Notes: generated from the letters alone by a model not told the origin. 63,495 nt of DNA, filler included, from Bigelowiella natans CCMP2755 (GCA_000320545.1; 5 parts of 5 records of this genome joined end to end with filler, not necessarily neighbours in it), one strand, 5' to 3'. Shown: positions 11,352 through 25,579, counted from the whole stretch's first letter. Numbers and translations: made by a program.

Positions 11352-12793
11352 TCAATGACGAAGATGCTTTGTATCCCTATTACTTAGTATTAGGCCAATC
11401 TGATTTAGAACCCAGATTGTAAGGTGAAAAAGAGGAATCTGTAAAATAGCCAGATACTAATCACTACCAGAAACGTGTAGTTGCAACTTAGTGTTCATTT
11501 GTTACCCACACAAAAAGCGCACGAGCGACTAAAAACTTTGTTGAAGGATTTCTCCAATTCAAATGCTCATAAATAAGATCTCCTTGGACAGCAAAATTGT
11601 TAAACACTCAAAGTTTTCCTATTCTATAGAGTTATTTGACCTTCTCGTGTCCCGTTTCCAATATTACTTTGATTGTGCGAATAACTCATAGAAGCATACA
11701 GCGCTCCAAATAGGATTGGTTGATAAAAGTGCATTATTCTGTAAATGTAGGTGTAAAGTTTTTGTGGAACCTCGAGGTCAAACGAATCAGTACCGGACAT
11801 CTGAACATGACATAAAGATGTCAATAGCAGATATGATAAAGTTCCATCCATGGACTTTGAATGATCCGCCCGACGGCTGGAAAGTCGCATTCTGATAAAT
11901 ATCAATTCCTCATGCAAGATTCGATGAACTTTTTTACCTACATGATGAACAAAGCCACGATCGATATTTATTACCGGATAAGCTGTCCAAAACATTAGAG
12001 TAGTTGCCAGAGACATTCTGTCCGTTAAAACACGCGAGAGTGAGATCGAAGAGTCATTACGCTTAACTTTCAATAGAACATGGATGCATTTCATACGTGG
12101 CAGAAATATTTTGTAGAACCCAGGATGTCATCACAAATGAGTGAAGACTTTTCCTGCCTCTTCGCTGTAAATGTAGTTGAAATGATATTTGATCAACACA
12201 ATGTATATGTAAATTTGTATGGAAGGCGAATATTACTGGTGTAGTAAAGATCTCCATTGGACCATAGGCGTCATACTTCGTACCAATACTACTTTTCCAG
12301 GTAATAATCACTGCAAAAAGAAGGTAGAGGGCCTAAGAATTTAGGTCATAATTAGATATTTAAAAATTTATCGCCGGAAAGTAATGGACACCTGTATGAG
12401 GAGGGACCAGTACGATAGGAAGAGGAAATAGTACCACCAATGACCGTTGTTGTAACCCAGCTCCCATAAAAAACTTTCTACTATGATCTAATCAATACGA
12501 ATATTATTGGCGATGACTGAAGAGTTACTACATTACTCGTTTCTTCTTTGCAGAATACCTCGAGAATCAAAACCAACATTCCTGTCCTGATGAGCGCAAA
12601 AAGTACGGGACTGCATGCGCACAGCCAACTCCTTCCGAATAGAAATGCCTAGAGAAGTAAGGTTGAGTGGCGATTGAACGCCATGGTATGGTATGTGTGG
12701 AACCTCCTTCTGTGTCATAGCGAAGCTGTGCGAAGCTTCCACATGTTTGGACAACCACTGGCAGAAGCCAGGCTGCGCCCAGACATCAGCCAT
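11352..12793 (-). CDS. Rolling-stone (rost)-like / FAR-17a-AIG1-related multipass membrane protein
   Basis: Spliced motifs HWWYYFLFLSYWSLLIQ, WVLQNISATMSLATTLMFWT, FKVHGWNFIISAIDIFMS..VRIMHFYQPILFGALY, LIYEHLNWRNP and IPLFHLTIW..HLRH*. About 10 short introns. The start ATG (MADVW) is tentative. Confidence 0.75.
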
Positions 12794-13309
12794 GACGTGA
12801 AATGTTTGACAAATCCAGGAAATTCCCGATCTTTTATTACAAACTCGAATCATAAAATATCGGCAAGCGATCTGGGTGTTGTCGCAGGGTAAGCGATGAA
12901 GGCGACAGCTCCCGGAGTGAGGGTGTTTCTTATCTGCGACATGACATCGAAGCCTAAAGCATTCTTTGACCCCACTCGCACTCGAACAAAACTCTAAAGA
13001 CAAGTCAAAAGTTTCAAGCGGGAGTGGGGGCACAGACATCGGTTAAGCCATGTACACTATATTCAAACAGATTGTTCGTGAAAGCAGGTGAGGTGCTTTT
13101 AACCCATCGAGGAAATGTAGAATTAGTGCGTAGGATCTTCGAGAAAAACTGCCGGCAATTTGGAATTCCTATGAAGATGGGGCAATTTTTGTTGTAAAAT
13201 GTTTGCATTAATTTCTCCACCTAATTCGTGTGTCCTTGTAGTAATACTGTGAGGTAATCTCCTTAAGACTTAATGCAACAGTGTGTACATCCAACTTAGC
13301 CACAGTCCC

Positions 13310-16300
13310 ATGGCAAGGGAAACGCGATTGGATAGACTAACCAAAACTGCAAAGAAATTAGATGCAGAGTGCGTATTGTGATGGCATATCTATTTGTTAG
13401 CTGAACAAATTTCTTTCTCCACAAATATTACCGAAGTCTGATTGTTCGTGACTTATACTTATCGATAATTCTCAGATACATTAGGATAACCCGAAATGAG
13501 AATTTTGGTGAGCTAAATGTGTACATGTACAAAATTATTCCCTTATTCTGTGACTAATTAGGATCTCCGAAAATAGTGGAAAACTCTGACATGAAAAGAA
13601 TCCTGGACATAATTGTAAAATCGATCATAAGAGACCATGAATCGTACAAAAAGCTCAACTCTAGGTAAATATGCATCCTTTGCCAAGATGTCACAAATTT
13701 AAGATATTTTGTCCATTTGATTGTCCCTTATGTTGGAATGGAAGTCCTTGGTACTTAATTCTAATTTACTGAAATCCGTGAGGGAAATTCAAGTGAAGTG
13801 GGCAAATAATTAGGAAGGTGATAGAAACTGGTCCTTCTCCCTGCATAGGTGCGTCTTGCACCAAAATCAGATTGGGATACAATTAATTCTTTAATTCACT
13901 ATATTAGAGTATATGCTGCGTGAAAAGCTACTTGATAAGTTGGTGGCTATGGGATTGCCAACGGTAATATTCTTATAATTCGAAGAAGATCCTCATATGC
14001 ATCTGGATATGTAGAGACCTATTGGCCTCCGCCCCCTTATAACGGATTGTCTTGCTACCCTAGTCTCTTCGCTGCCTCAATCGGTTCATAAATGTTTTAA
14101 ATTTTGGGCCAACGAATGATTAAAATCTTTATCGCAGCTACTAGCAGCTTCTGCAGTCCATCGAGCACTTAAGCAGGTTCATTATTAGCTTTCAGATTTT
14201 GATCTATATTGAAGAAATTATTTATGTATGGTTTGTTTTGTCTTGTTTTTAGTTTGTGCTTGTGTGTTTGCGACAAAACGACTTGCAAAACAAAAAAAGG
14301 GCAAGAGGCTTTTTAAGGTTAATCTTCACAAGCAAACACACGTGCTCTACAAGTCATTGATTCTTATTGCGTAGATTATTACGAGGGCTTTGTGGACAAA
14401 TGAAGGACCCGGTAATAATCAATATGCGAGAAGATTTCCGAAGTATTAACATGAGAGAGCGTTTCCACAGTAGTCATTCTCTGAACAAAATTCTTATGAC
14501 CAGATTCTCGCATCAATTTTCTTTCACCTCAGAGCTCAAGAGGTAGGGACTTCTTGCATTCTTTTCAATGTGACAGTAATGAGATCTTAAAATTTAAGAA
14601 AAAATCGATATGGGACCGTGTTAGACGTAGAGAGCGACAGAGAAGGTAAGTTTTTGGCTCATATTAGGCTACATTGCCTTGAGTATTATAATATAGGGAT
14701 TTGTCTATGGTTACCTTGCCGCCACTTCGTACTCCCCCAATGACACCTACCAATTCCATAAGAAAGGTGTCCTATTCATTCTGCTTTGCATGTGAAAATA
14801 ACTTACGTCTTCTATTTGAACACATGAAGGAGCAGAAAGCATCCTCTAGAACACCCACAAGACTTCGAAGGAGGACAACTATTTCAGTACTGGCTAATTG
14901 CCAATTCCGCTTTCATACTAAAGTCACATTATCTAATTAAAGGAAATGAAAATTGAGATTCCAAAGAAGATAGCTAAGGACGATGGTACAATGAAAATAT
15001 ACTCCCCGCACCATGTGATCATTGAACCTGTAAATCATAGTTGATAAACGGCATAAAGAGGATGGACTTGTGATATTTAATGTTTTGATTCCATTCATAA
15101 ATGACGATGGTCCCGAAGCAGAGGTATTCTCAGTCCTGAGACTGTTGATCCGAAATAAAAATTGGCGCTAATCGTTGTAGGATGCTTTGGAAACTTTGAA
15201 AAGTTTGTGTCAACTTCCAGATGTTGCAATTGCTCAATATGTGGCAAAAGAGACAAGCCTTGCACGTCTTTTAGTGAGAGGCCTGGGTCATCTATGATTG
15301 AACGAAGATTTTAAATTACAATTGATGATAATTTTCTTGGCTTTAAAGTGAATTCTAATTACATACAGAATATTATTATAAATGCATTCGCCGCGCTGCT
15401 CATGGAATGAAGCCACCAAAAGCATCTCCGAGGAGGCGACCGTATAGGAGGATAAGGAGGCGCGATGGCACTCTTGGAGATTTTGAAGAAGACATAACAT
15501 GGGCAAGAAAGCGTTTCTTTATTCGGCTGCGAAATATTGACGAGGTACATCGAACGAACTTTTAGAGTCTTTTGATGTAGCACCCATTTTCAAAATAGTT
15601 TGCTCGGAGTACCTACGATGTAATAGCGACAAATATCAAGGAGGAGTTTAAAAAATGGTAAGCACATGTTCTTTTAACTAAATTCGAATCTAAGATGTTG
15701 ATTATAACAGTTTTTTATACGGTCTTCTAATCAAAGACTTGACACTTCCCCCAAGTGAGCTACACGAACAAAATGATCCTTTCACGACCGTATCAGCAAT
15801 GGTGTTTCCGCTCTTTAGGAAATGATAAAACTACAGCTGAACACAAAAGTTCCAATACCAGTGAACCCATCCGATCTTCTGGATCATTCGGAATCTCTAG
15901 CCCTCTTGCAACTCTGGCAACGTCACTTAGAATCTCAACTGGTTCTTTAAAGAGACGCCAGAAGCAGCCGGGTACATGTTATTTACGCTACAAATATTGC
16001 ATCACCCACCAAGTATTGGCTTAGACCCTCGTATCTGGGCCTTAAAGTTCACTACGGAAGTAATGGAAGAAGTGAAGGATGGCATGATACAGGTTGACAC
16101 AAAGTGATATCATTCTTCAAAGCTCCCAAACCATGAAACAATGAATTATATGCATATCGCGTAGGATTCAATCGTGGACTTTCTTTTGGAAGATCGTCCA
16201 AAGATGCAAGAGAATAACCTTTTGATAAAATCTAAGGAGGACTCTGAGTCCAATGTTGAGAAGGAAAAGTCGGTGGAACAGGATGATTCGCAACAAAGCT

Positions 16301-18366
16301 CTGAGGATAAGACGGATCCTAATCAACCCTCGGAAGAACAGAAATCTCTAGAAGTATCTGAAATTTATATGGAACATAATAGCAATGTTGCCAACAGTTC
16401 CGATGTGAAGGAAAAGCTTCAAGTTGATACGTCATTGCCAGCATCAAAATATCTTGATGTGCAAGACCATCCGCAAATAATGTAAATTTGATTGTTTTAT
16501 TCTTGAAAATTTATCTCTAACATTCACTATGATGGTGTATTTCAAAGAGGAATTTTGATTAAATACCTGAAGAGTGAAGACGGAGTAATTGCCAACGCAA
16601 CATTGGAGCTATTCCTCCAACTAATCTCATCTATGAACGAAGAGGTGATGTTTCCTTTATTATACCTAAAACTTGTTTTCTGAATAACCTATCCATTTTA
16701 AGGTTCTTTCTAGAATTATTCTGCGCTATGTTGGGGTATAGTTATCAGTTAAACTTGTGGAGTATACGTCTTGAAATTGATTTTCATCGTACCGAAAGAA
16801 TTATCAATTTGTCTCAAAGGAAGCACAAGGCTCAATCATTCGAATGGTCATTTTCATGCAAAACCCGTACAAATACGTTTTTAATATTTTTATTTGAAAG
16901 GCAAATTCAGATGCATTTGATTATGGAAGCGATTTGGAGACAACGTTGGAAGCACATGCTGCAAGCGAGGAGAAGGGGTCGGAAGAAGGAATTCGCCAAT
17001 CTCTTTGCATTGAAGATATTGAAGAAAACGAAGAAATGTCTACCTATAAGCTCAATGCACGGGTAGAGTCCGGGTACAAACATTCTACTTTGATTTAAAG
17101 TAATCGAAATGTGAACATTTTAGGATGAGGTAGCTTCTTGGATTGATGCACAAGGTAGGCATTCAGAGAGTAGATTAAGTCGCCGATGGAAAATATGTAC
17201 ATGAAAATACTTAGAACAGCTTAATAAATAAAATTGGATTTTTATGTTGATGTTATCAAGCAAAATGGAAACATGGGACGCACATTCGCCTCGACCCTGC
17301 AATTCTTTCAGGACCTTTGGTATCGTCATTTAAGAATAATTCTACTGTGAGAGGATATTTTATCACTGTTTTTTTAGGTATTCTCTGGCGGAGGAAAGCA
17401 TAAAGTTCAAAATGACGATGATGTAGTTTTAGATAACAGAAGGAACTCAGAAGATTACGCCAAGGTATTCTTGAGGATACTCTGCAGTAAAATTCGGAAC
17501 TTACTCAAGAATTCGTTGGATACTAATCTTCTAATCACTGGTAATTCATTGTCAGTTTTAACTATCGAAAATGTGAGTCTTGTTTTAATTTGCATATTTT
17601 AATGAATCAGGAATCCTTTCCAAATTAGCAGCATGCCCTGATCGAGCGCTCCACATATTCTTATTCAAATCCACATTTGAGCCTGCCGACAGAAAAGCGC
17701 ACCCCCTAAGTGCCCTCGCGGAGGTTGAGTTTTTATCTTTGTTTATTACCCCTATCTAGACGAGTGAATCATATTTATATCCATTGATTAGGTCTGGGCA
17801 CAGGCGAGGAAAATTCAAAGGAAAATCTCAAATTTTGGGCAGATAGCTCTGAGGACAAAGAAACGCCTAGATAAGGCAGTAGATTTATCTTTCAGAGAAC
17901 TTTCGAGTTTGTAGTTTATCTACAGCCTTAAAATGACATGTTTGCTTCACTATGTATAGGGCAAAAATGAAAGGGGAATACTTGAGGGTGGCGTTGGATC
18001 ACGAATTCTGCATGGGATAATTCTTCTTGGTAACCCATTCAGTCCCCATATGTTATCTTTCTCCGCATATTTAACAACCTCTCATTTGTTAGAGGAATTT
18101 ATAAAGGAGATGATTGCAATATCGAAGGTTTGGCTAAAATGTTGTTTTGTGTGCATTAGAACAGCACTTGCCACATCTTCATCATGTAAAATTGAAATCT
18201 TACTAATCCTTCATTATTCATTGCATCATAGGTAAAAGCTGATATTTTAAAGACTTCGAAATTGATTTCTCAACACTTGGAAGAGAGAGATGCTGTCTTT
18301 GCCAAACTAAATTCATCAGTACAATTTCCTCATCATTCACGGAGAGTGTCAGTGTATTCGGAATGA
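13310..18366 (+). CDS. FHIP / FAM160 (RAI16-like) FHF complex subunit, many short introns
   Basis: N-terminal TGPSPCIEYMLREKLLDKLVAMG.RPIGLRPLI...SAVHRALKQ and C-terminal NLLITGILSKLAACP..ALHIFLF...ILLEEFIKEMIAISKVK match the FAM160 N- and C-terminal motifs. ATG 13310, TGA 18364-18366. Confidence 0.85.
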
Positions 18367-18423
18367 TCTAGTAATGACACGTAGTCTTTACTGACAATGA
18401 GTGAGGCTAGAAGGCTCTTACAG

Positions 18424-19019
18424 TCTAGCAGTGGTAGCTAGCTAGAGTGATTCATGATGACAAAATTGAGCTGATGCAACATGATCATGCTAGCATGACT
18501 AGCTAGCTAGATGATGATCACATTTCATCTAGTTGTTTCGAAACTACATGCACCTCACCTGGATCGTGCAATTTGGCCAGTTAGCAATTCTTGGACTGCC
18601 ACATTGTCCAGATGTGCGAAAGCTAGAAAGCTTTCTAGCTTTGGCGAACGTGAGAATTTTCATCTCTAGCTAGCTAGCTAGATCTTCAAATCCAAACGTG
18701 TGGCTAGCAACGTTCAGCACCAGAGCAGAAGCTAGTTCACTTCCATCTCAGATCTGTTGGCGTTTTCCCTTGCGGCGCAGTGGTCGATGTGAACGAACAT
18801 CTAGACATGCATGCTGGCATGAGCAATGGAAAGAGGCAACACAGATGGAACAAACTGATTTGTGCACGCTAGCATGCATGTGTTGTGTTTGCCTGCCGTC
18901 CACATCTTGAGACATCTAGCAGACATCAACGTGCACGAGCTAGTGAGCGATGTGCAATGCACCAGCACAGGATCATCAGTGTGGCAGTGCATCCCACTGC
19001 AATGCAGAATCAAGATGTT
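18424..19019. other. TpA-depleted/CTAG-rich tract 3 (convergent intergenic)
   Basis: Hand count: 23 TA, of which 20 are in CTAG (including (CTAG)3-4 runs) and 3 are half-sites; none is unprotected on both strands. Confidence 0.9.
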
Positions 19020-19142
19020 TTAAAAATGAATTTTTCATTCATGCGCATCATGAAATTATCAAAATTTGTGCAAGTGAATTGTCTCACGATGATTTTGCGC
19101 CAAGCAATGTGATGGGCGACTTCACGGTCGGCCTTTTGAAGA

Positions 19143-21901
19143 TTATCTTGATGCTCGTGGTGAAGGAAGAGTAAGTGGTGTGGGTATGAATTCTGGAACA
19201 ATAAGTTTGTGCAATGGAGACATGTTCTTGACACCAGTTGTTCTCTCTTCTTCCAATTGCTGACTGGGTAAAATTTGATTTGGATCCGCAGTATTTGATG
19301 AGCTCTTTACATCCTTTGATCGATGCCTTGCCATCATTGCCAGAGGAATTGGTCCTGAAGGACGATTCTTATATTCTTTGTTTTCACGATTCTCATCCAA
19401 CCGCTTCTTTATTATATCTTCATCTAATGTAAGAGCTTTCATTGTAGGTGAGCTTGTAGCCAATTTCTGTGAACTGTGATCAATGCTAGGAAATACAAAT
19501 ACTTTCCTCTTTTGTCCCGAAGGGTCCTTATGGATTCCTCGGGTAATAGGTATAGTGCGTCGATACAAACGTTTCAGATTCACATCTGTTTTGTAGGGAA
19601 ATAGACCGAGATTTACGTCGTGTGAACAGTATCTGAAGTAGACATGATTCTCAGGGGATAGATTATCAATTTATTGTTACACAACACCTGCGATGTGTAC
19701 CAACTTTTTCAACTTGAGATGAATTTTTATGTTTAAGCCGAATGTGAACACTGGGAGTTCTCGTACGCTCAAGTGGAGATATTCTTGACGTCTTCAAATC
19801 ATCGGCATCCTAAGACAATTAAGACCAAAATTAATAAAATCCATCAAAGATTTGGCAAACCCACATTTGAAGCCGTAGATTGAAGCTGTGATTTCGATGT
19901 TCGAACAAACTCAACAGTCCTGTAAAATTAAAAAAATCAATCGCCTTTTTCATCACGACAGTCTTAGTGGTGGACCTTCCCGTTGGTGTCCAATGCCCAT
20001 TATGAATCTTAGATGGATTCTGCCTATTGAAGTGAGAACCTTTAACTGTCGAATTCCCACGTCTTGAGGACGCATAACCAGCCTTTGGCGCTGAGGATGT
20101 GGACTTGCGACCTCTTAGTTGTGGAAGCGAGCAATGGGAATCCTCCACCGATAATGGAGAAAACCGAGACAAAAGACTACTCCAGTTATATGCCATGAAT
20201 ACAATCTTCATATCATAAGTATACACAAATTAAACATATAGAATTCTAATAAGTTCTTTTAGTTCAGTATACCGCTATGGACATGTACAGCGCCGTTTTG
20301 AGCCAGGCCAAACCCCATAGCACACCCCTCATTGGATCTCCAAGAGAATTTGACTTTTTTCGAAATAAGTATGTTTAATTATGGTTTTTTTAGTGAATAT
20401 ATTCACCGAACGGGCGTCAATTTGTAGCAAGTTGAAAAATACATTTTGTTTTTGTAATGAAGTTGGGTTGGACGGACATACTTGAGATGAGCCTGCCTTG
20501 CCTTGACATAACGCCACAAGTATTCCAAAACTTAAAGCTAGTATAATTCCTGCACAGATAAAGAGGCTTCCAGCGATCCTAGATTAGTATCACGATTAGG
20601 AACCAGCTGCTAGTAAACGATAGTAGAGCATACCTTTTCATCAAGGCAAGTTTAGAACGCACTTTAGATAATGCTCTAAAAGAAGCCCGAGAGATAATAA
20701 TCGATTAATTGTAGAATGTGTCACATTGCGAAAACGTACTTTGCTAGAAAATAAAACAGATTAGAGTAAACCTTAACCTTTTTGTTCGTATAATCCTTCC
20801 AAAATGCTTTGGCGTACCGTTCCCATGAGACAAGCTACTACTATAAAGTAAAAAAATCAGATTTAGAATAAAGATATACTACAGTGCATATCGGACCCTA
20901 ACCTACCCTCTTCCTCTCGAGGTTTGCGTAGCATTAGAGTTCAAGAGACGGTTCATATCTCTTAGTGAAATTGCTGCCGCTGATGCTGCTGCTTCAATTG
21001 CTCGTGGCTGACAATTTGACAACGGGGCTGTCAGCTTAGTCTGAGCATCATGATAAATGAGATAAGTCCCAGGCTTGACCTGTATCTTTTCTCCCATAAA
21101 GTTATCCACAAGGTTAATAACTTGATGGAGAAGTGGAAAAGCTTTGCCAGCATATGAAAGCACCTGTTTGTAAGAAATGAAATAATTCTCCATAATTGAG
21201 ACATACCATCTAATTCATTGTTTTGGAGACTGCACCATAAATAGTTTCATAGCTTCCAAGGAGTATTGAAGCTCGCATCCATATTGAAATATTAGTATCA
21301 AGCTCCCACAAAAATAGATTGAAAGCAGTCCTATTCCTAGAGCTCGCAATAACCGTTGTTTCCTATGACAGTTGGTTCGACTTCATTCATTTGGTTATTT
21401 CAAATGGATTTATACTTGAATTCACAAATATGTACAATGTGAGAAAATAAGAATACCCTGTCAGTGGAACAGGAGAAGCCCCAAGATGAGAAGCCAGTTT
21501 GGCTACCATCTTCGAGTGGCGAATATATCCATAAAAATCAATTGCTAGTAGAACAATTGTAGCCTACCATGGAAATATGTAGACAATAGCTTTGTGAGAT
21601 TGTGTTTGATGTACAATCTTCGGTAGAAATTTGTTGAGATGAATGCATCACTTGGGTGCACAACCTCAATAACGAGCTGAATGCCTGTCCTCATGGAAAA
21701 GTTATACACTCCGAATGTACCAGTCGGATCGACGACTAATGTTGATGTCAAGGCCGATAGAGTGAGGACCAAGATATGGGAACGTTTTCGGTATGCGTTC
21801 AGGGTCGGTTGAGCGGCTTGCAGAAACGATACGATTGTAATGCAACTGGAAATTGAGCAGGCAATAATTGGGATGGCAACGGAGGATGATATCGTTGTCA
21901 T
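19143..21901 (-). CDS. Multipass membrane protein (possibly 7TM/GPCR-like) with a long Ser/Arg-rich C-terminal tail
   Basis: Hydrophobic exons MTTISSSVAIPIIACSISSCITIVSFL, LVVDPTGTFGVY, ATIVLLAIDFY and GSLFICAGIILALSFGILVAL joined by GT-AG introns. Terminal exon is ORF 19143-19583. Confidence 0.6.
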
Positions 21902-22403
21902 GTTGGCTGTCTTGCGTTAGGGCCATTGAAAATATCGCGGCGAGGGGTAGGCGGGAATCTTTTTACGCAGTTTCCTTCTTCCTTTCGTCTTTTGTACACT
22001 GATGGAAGAGTAACTTAGTGCACATGCGAGTGGGGTGAACAAATCTACCAATCGAATTCGCGAATTCCGCGCCATCCCGCAGTCGTACATCGAAGACGGA
22101 TTGCGTTTGGGCTCGAACTTAGTAAATGGTGCTTATCAATTGCACCGTGCCCACCAGTCAAACTGGAATGAGGTTGTCGCCTCTCATGCTTTCTGGGGAT
22201 TTCTTGATAATTTGACCATTGCCTGATATTACCTGACAGAACTGAAACAGAAACCGCGGATCACCAAGTATTTAATGAGGGAGCTTCCTTTGAACTACGC
22301 CTTTTGTGGAATGCCATTAATACCTTCATCTCTTTTCATCATCAAATCCGACTCCCTAAGAACGATAGTTTTGTATCGATGTTTAGTTTAAAAGAGACCG
22401 AAC

Positions 22404-23125
22404 ATGGAGATTGGTCAAGCACTAGAATGTAAGATCAGAGAAGTTCGAAATGAAAATGAACAGTTGCTCAAGCAAAGAGAGTTGCTCAAAGAAGAATTGG
22501 AAACAATAAAATCTGAGGTACCAGAATTCAGAACTCTTTGTTCGATATCTTAATTCCTAAATGAATAGTTTTTTTAAAATCACTTGAGAAGGCTACAGTT
22601 TTTTTTTATTTCTTAGGAAACTGAGTTTGTTTCGATTTCTAGGAAACTAACATTCGCAGTGAAAATGCTCGGATGGAAGCGAAATGTTCTGAGCTACGTA
22701 ATCAGCTTTCCAGACTTAAGCTAACTGAGAATGAGCAAATCAATGAATTGCAAAATTCTGAGAATAATAGAAAGGAGGCTTTGAATGAATGGTTCGAATA
22801 TCTTGAAGATGTTAGTGTAAAGCTAACAGAAAACCTTAAAATGATTAATCAAATCTGCGAGAAGATTGACATGCGTTCACACAATGAAGAGATGGATGCA
22901 GATGCATGCAAAAATCTTGAGGAAAAATTGACGTCTCAAGAGAGAAAAAATGTCAGTTTAGAGTCGCTAGTTTTGGGTTCTTCTTCGAGTATGATGATGA
23001 GCGTAAGTTCAATTTCGGAAAATTTGCCTTCAACCGATAATCGCCAAGCTGTTGGCAAGGGTGGAACTTGCTCAATGGATGTGACGCTTGTGGATGAATC
23101 ACCAGCCGGTCAAATCTTGCACTGA
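22404..23125 (+). CDS. Coiled-coil hypothetical protein, 2 exons
   Basis: ATG 22404 MEIGQALECKIREVRNENEQLLKQRELLKEELETIKSE|ETNIRSENARMEAKCSELRNQLSRL... continues in frame with ORF 22673-23125. Confidence 0.65.
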
Positions 23126-23832
23126 TCGATTCAACGGATCTAGGGATGCAAATGTTGTTGCGTTTGATTGCCCGTAAAATGCATTAAAATCAGATTCGCA
23201 CAGCTTTGGTGAAGCCATTGACTAGATTGTAAGTAATTCAAGTGGCTTATAGCCGAAATGGAAAGCATTACTACCCACGTAGCAGTGACAATTGAAAATC
23301 TCCATTGCTGCATTGTTCTCTGAGACCCAAAGGCGACAATGAGCCCCTTTCAGTGTCGTCGCATCGCATGCATGCAACAAATGCACAATCATTGAAATGC
23401 GGCGGTTTAACATATCAATTTTCTAGTTTTCTTTCCGTAGCCATCATAATCAATGCCTAGCGTGTCTATTTCATCGCGTGCCCTGTCTAGCTGTGTGCAA
23501 TGTGCAGTGGCCGATCTAGTGATGTTCTATGATCATTGTTGCTATGGCCATTGCGAATGGTTCAAAAGCATTTTGGACAGTACACATCTAGACATGTAGT
23601 ACATGTATAACCCAAGATGTGTACACAAATTGTGTCTATACAAGCAGCGTTGTAACATACTTCTTGAGATCATGGACATCACATCATGTACGCATTACGT
23701 ATTGTATTCTCAACTGAAGCGTACACACACCATCCTAGCTAACGCTAGCGAACTGGATGAAAAACTATGTGTCTGGTCATTCGGCAAATGTCTGAGGAAT
23801 TTCGATACACACTCGATTCATAGTGCTGACTA

Positions 23833-25527
23833 CTATAACGTGTGTGTCGATGAGCTTTGTCTGTCAAGAATTCTGGACGCCCATCCTTGAGTGTAAGAGT
23901 ATGCCATGGTCCGCCAATTGTTGGATCTGCCCCTCAGTCGTGGAGGAGGGGGCGATTGTCCATGGCTGCTCGAGTTGCGTGATGATAAGTTATGTTGAAA
24001 TGCCCTTTTGACGTCTGGTTGGCGGTGTTGAACCACGTTAGAGCCTAAGCTGTTGCTTCCAGTGCTGGAATCTTTGCCCTCAGAGCGACGTTGCGACCTT
24101 GTTTGTGTATCTCGATGATGAAGCCGCGCACGGGTCACCTGGAGCAGTAATTGACTATGAGCCTGTCTGCCATTGTCACAGAACGGAAAATACATCGTGT
24201 ACCTGCGTTGGAGGTGCTTCTTCTGCAGCAGTAATAACATGCTGCAGAGGACTTCTTCTGTCCCTACCTATTGTCCCAGCTCCTGAACCTCCACTGTGGG
24301 TCTCCCTCCTCGCCTTGGTGGCATTGATCGGCGGGTCTAGAATGCTACGGGCGCAAATCGGACACTTGTCGCTGTGATGGAGCAACCTAAAAAGATTTAG
24401 GAAGGGTGAGCGGGTTCATCGAGGCAGAACTGCAAACAACATGACAGTTCAGTTGAACACAAACACACACAAACACACGCACACAATTTATATATGATAT
24501 TGGTGTTTGCGCCTTAGCTACGTGTCCTAGGTAAAATCCTTCCAGATTCTAGAGCAATACCATGGATCTATGCAGGCTGCATGAAAACCGTGGTTGCAAG
24601 GTAACGCCTTTATCTGCTCTCCACTGTACAAAATGAAAATATGAAAAACATCAGCATAAGGTCGTCATCCTCACCATTATTCTGTCATCATGCATCCCTC
24701 TCCCCAACCTTGTTTCTCCCACGCTTTCATCATCACGAATACACTGTAATAGCGAAGAAAATACCTTTGGAAGTCTTCAAAACAGACTGTGCATGTGGGA
24801 TTGATCACTTGACGTGCTGAGGCCTCGGACGTGTGCTTGGAGGAGGGAAAGAAGGAGATAGAGAGGGGACAATTACATGAAAAAGTAGATAGCATGGGTC
24901 GCAAATACGCACACAGGCACGCATATACGCCGCACAAACACTACATCGCAAGCCTAAATACAAGGATCTTTCCCAAAGCGGGTATAATTATTCACTACTA
25001 CTACAATTACAACTGCTACCTTGAGAGCGTTGGGGCCGATACTGGTATTTCGCTGCTGCTGCTGCGACATTCGGAGAGACTCTGTAACCACCAATATTTC
25101 AACATTAGTAAGTAAGAAGTGCGAAATGCTGAGTGATGACAAAGATAACGTATATATCATGTAAAAATGCACGAGCACTCTGCTGCTTCTACTACTACGG
25201 CGTGCAACCTTGTTCAGCGGCCTCAAGATCGCTGTCGAGAGGTACATAGTCTACCAGAGGCATCTCCTGCACAGCAGGCTGCCGCCTCCTGATAAAAACC
25301 GCCATTCAAATACGATCGCCTCACGCCACAACCGCACCGCATCGGTGTTTGTCCACACACCTACCTCCTCGCGATGTAGTGCGCCATAAATTTACGTGTC
25401 CAGTATGATAGCCCGAGCATCAGCCACATGAATGGCATTAATGGATGTCGCGGCTGCGAAACAGGTGAAAACAAATCAACACTGCTCCATCCCGCTTCGA
25501 GCAAGTGTTCCTGCTTGATGCTCTCTT

Positions 25528-25579
<52 letters not shown>

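Noticed and set aside
16830-16900. Possible GC-AG intron in FHIP
   Set aside because: A canonical GT-AG path (NYQFVSKEAQGSIIRM|ANSDAFDY) keeps the frame.
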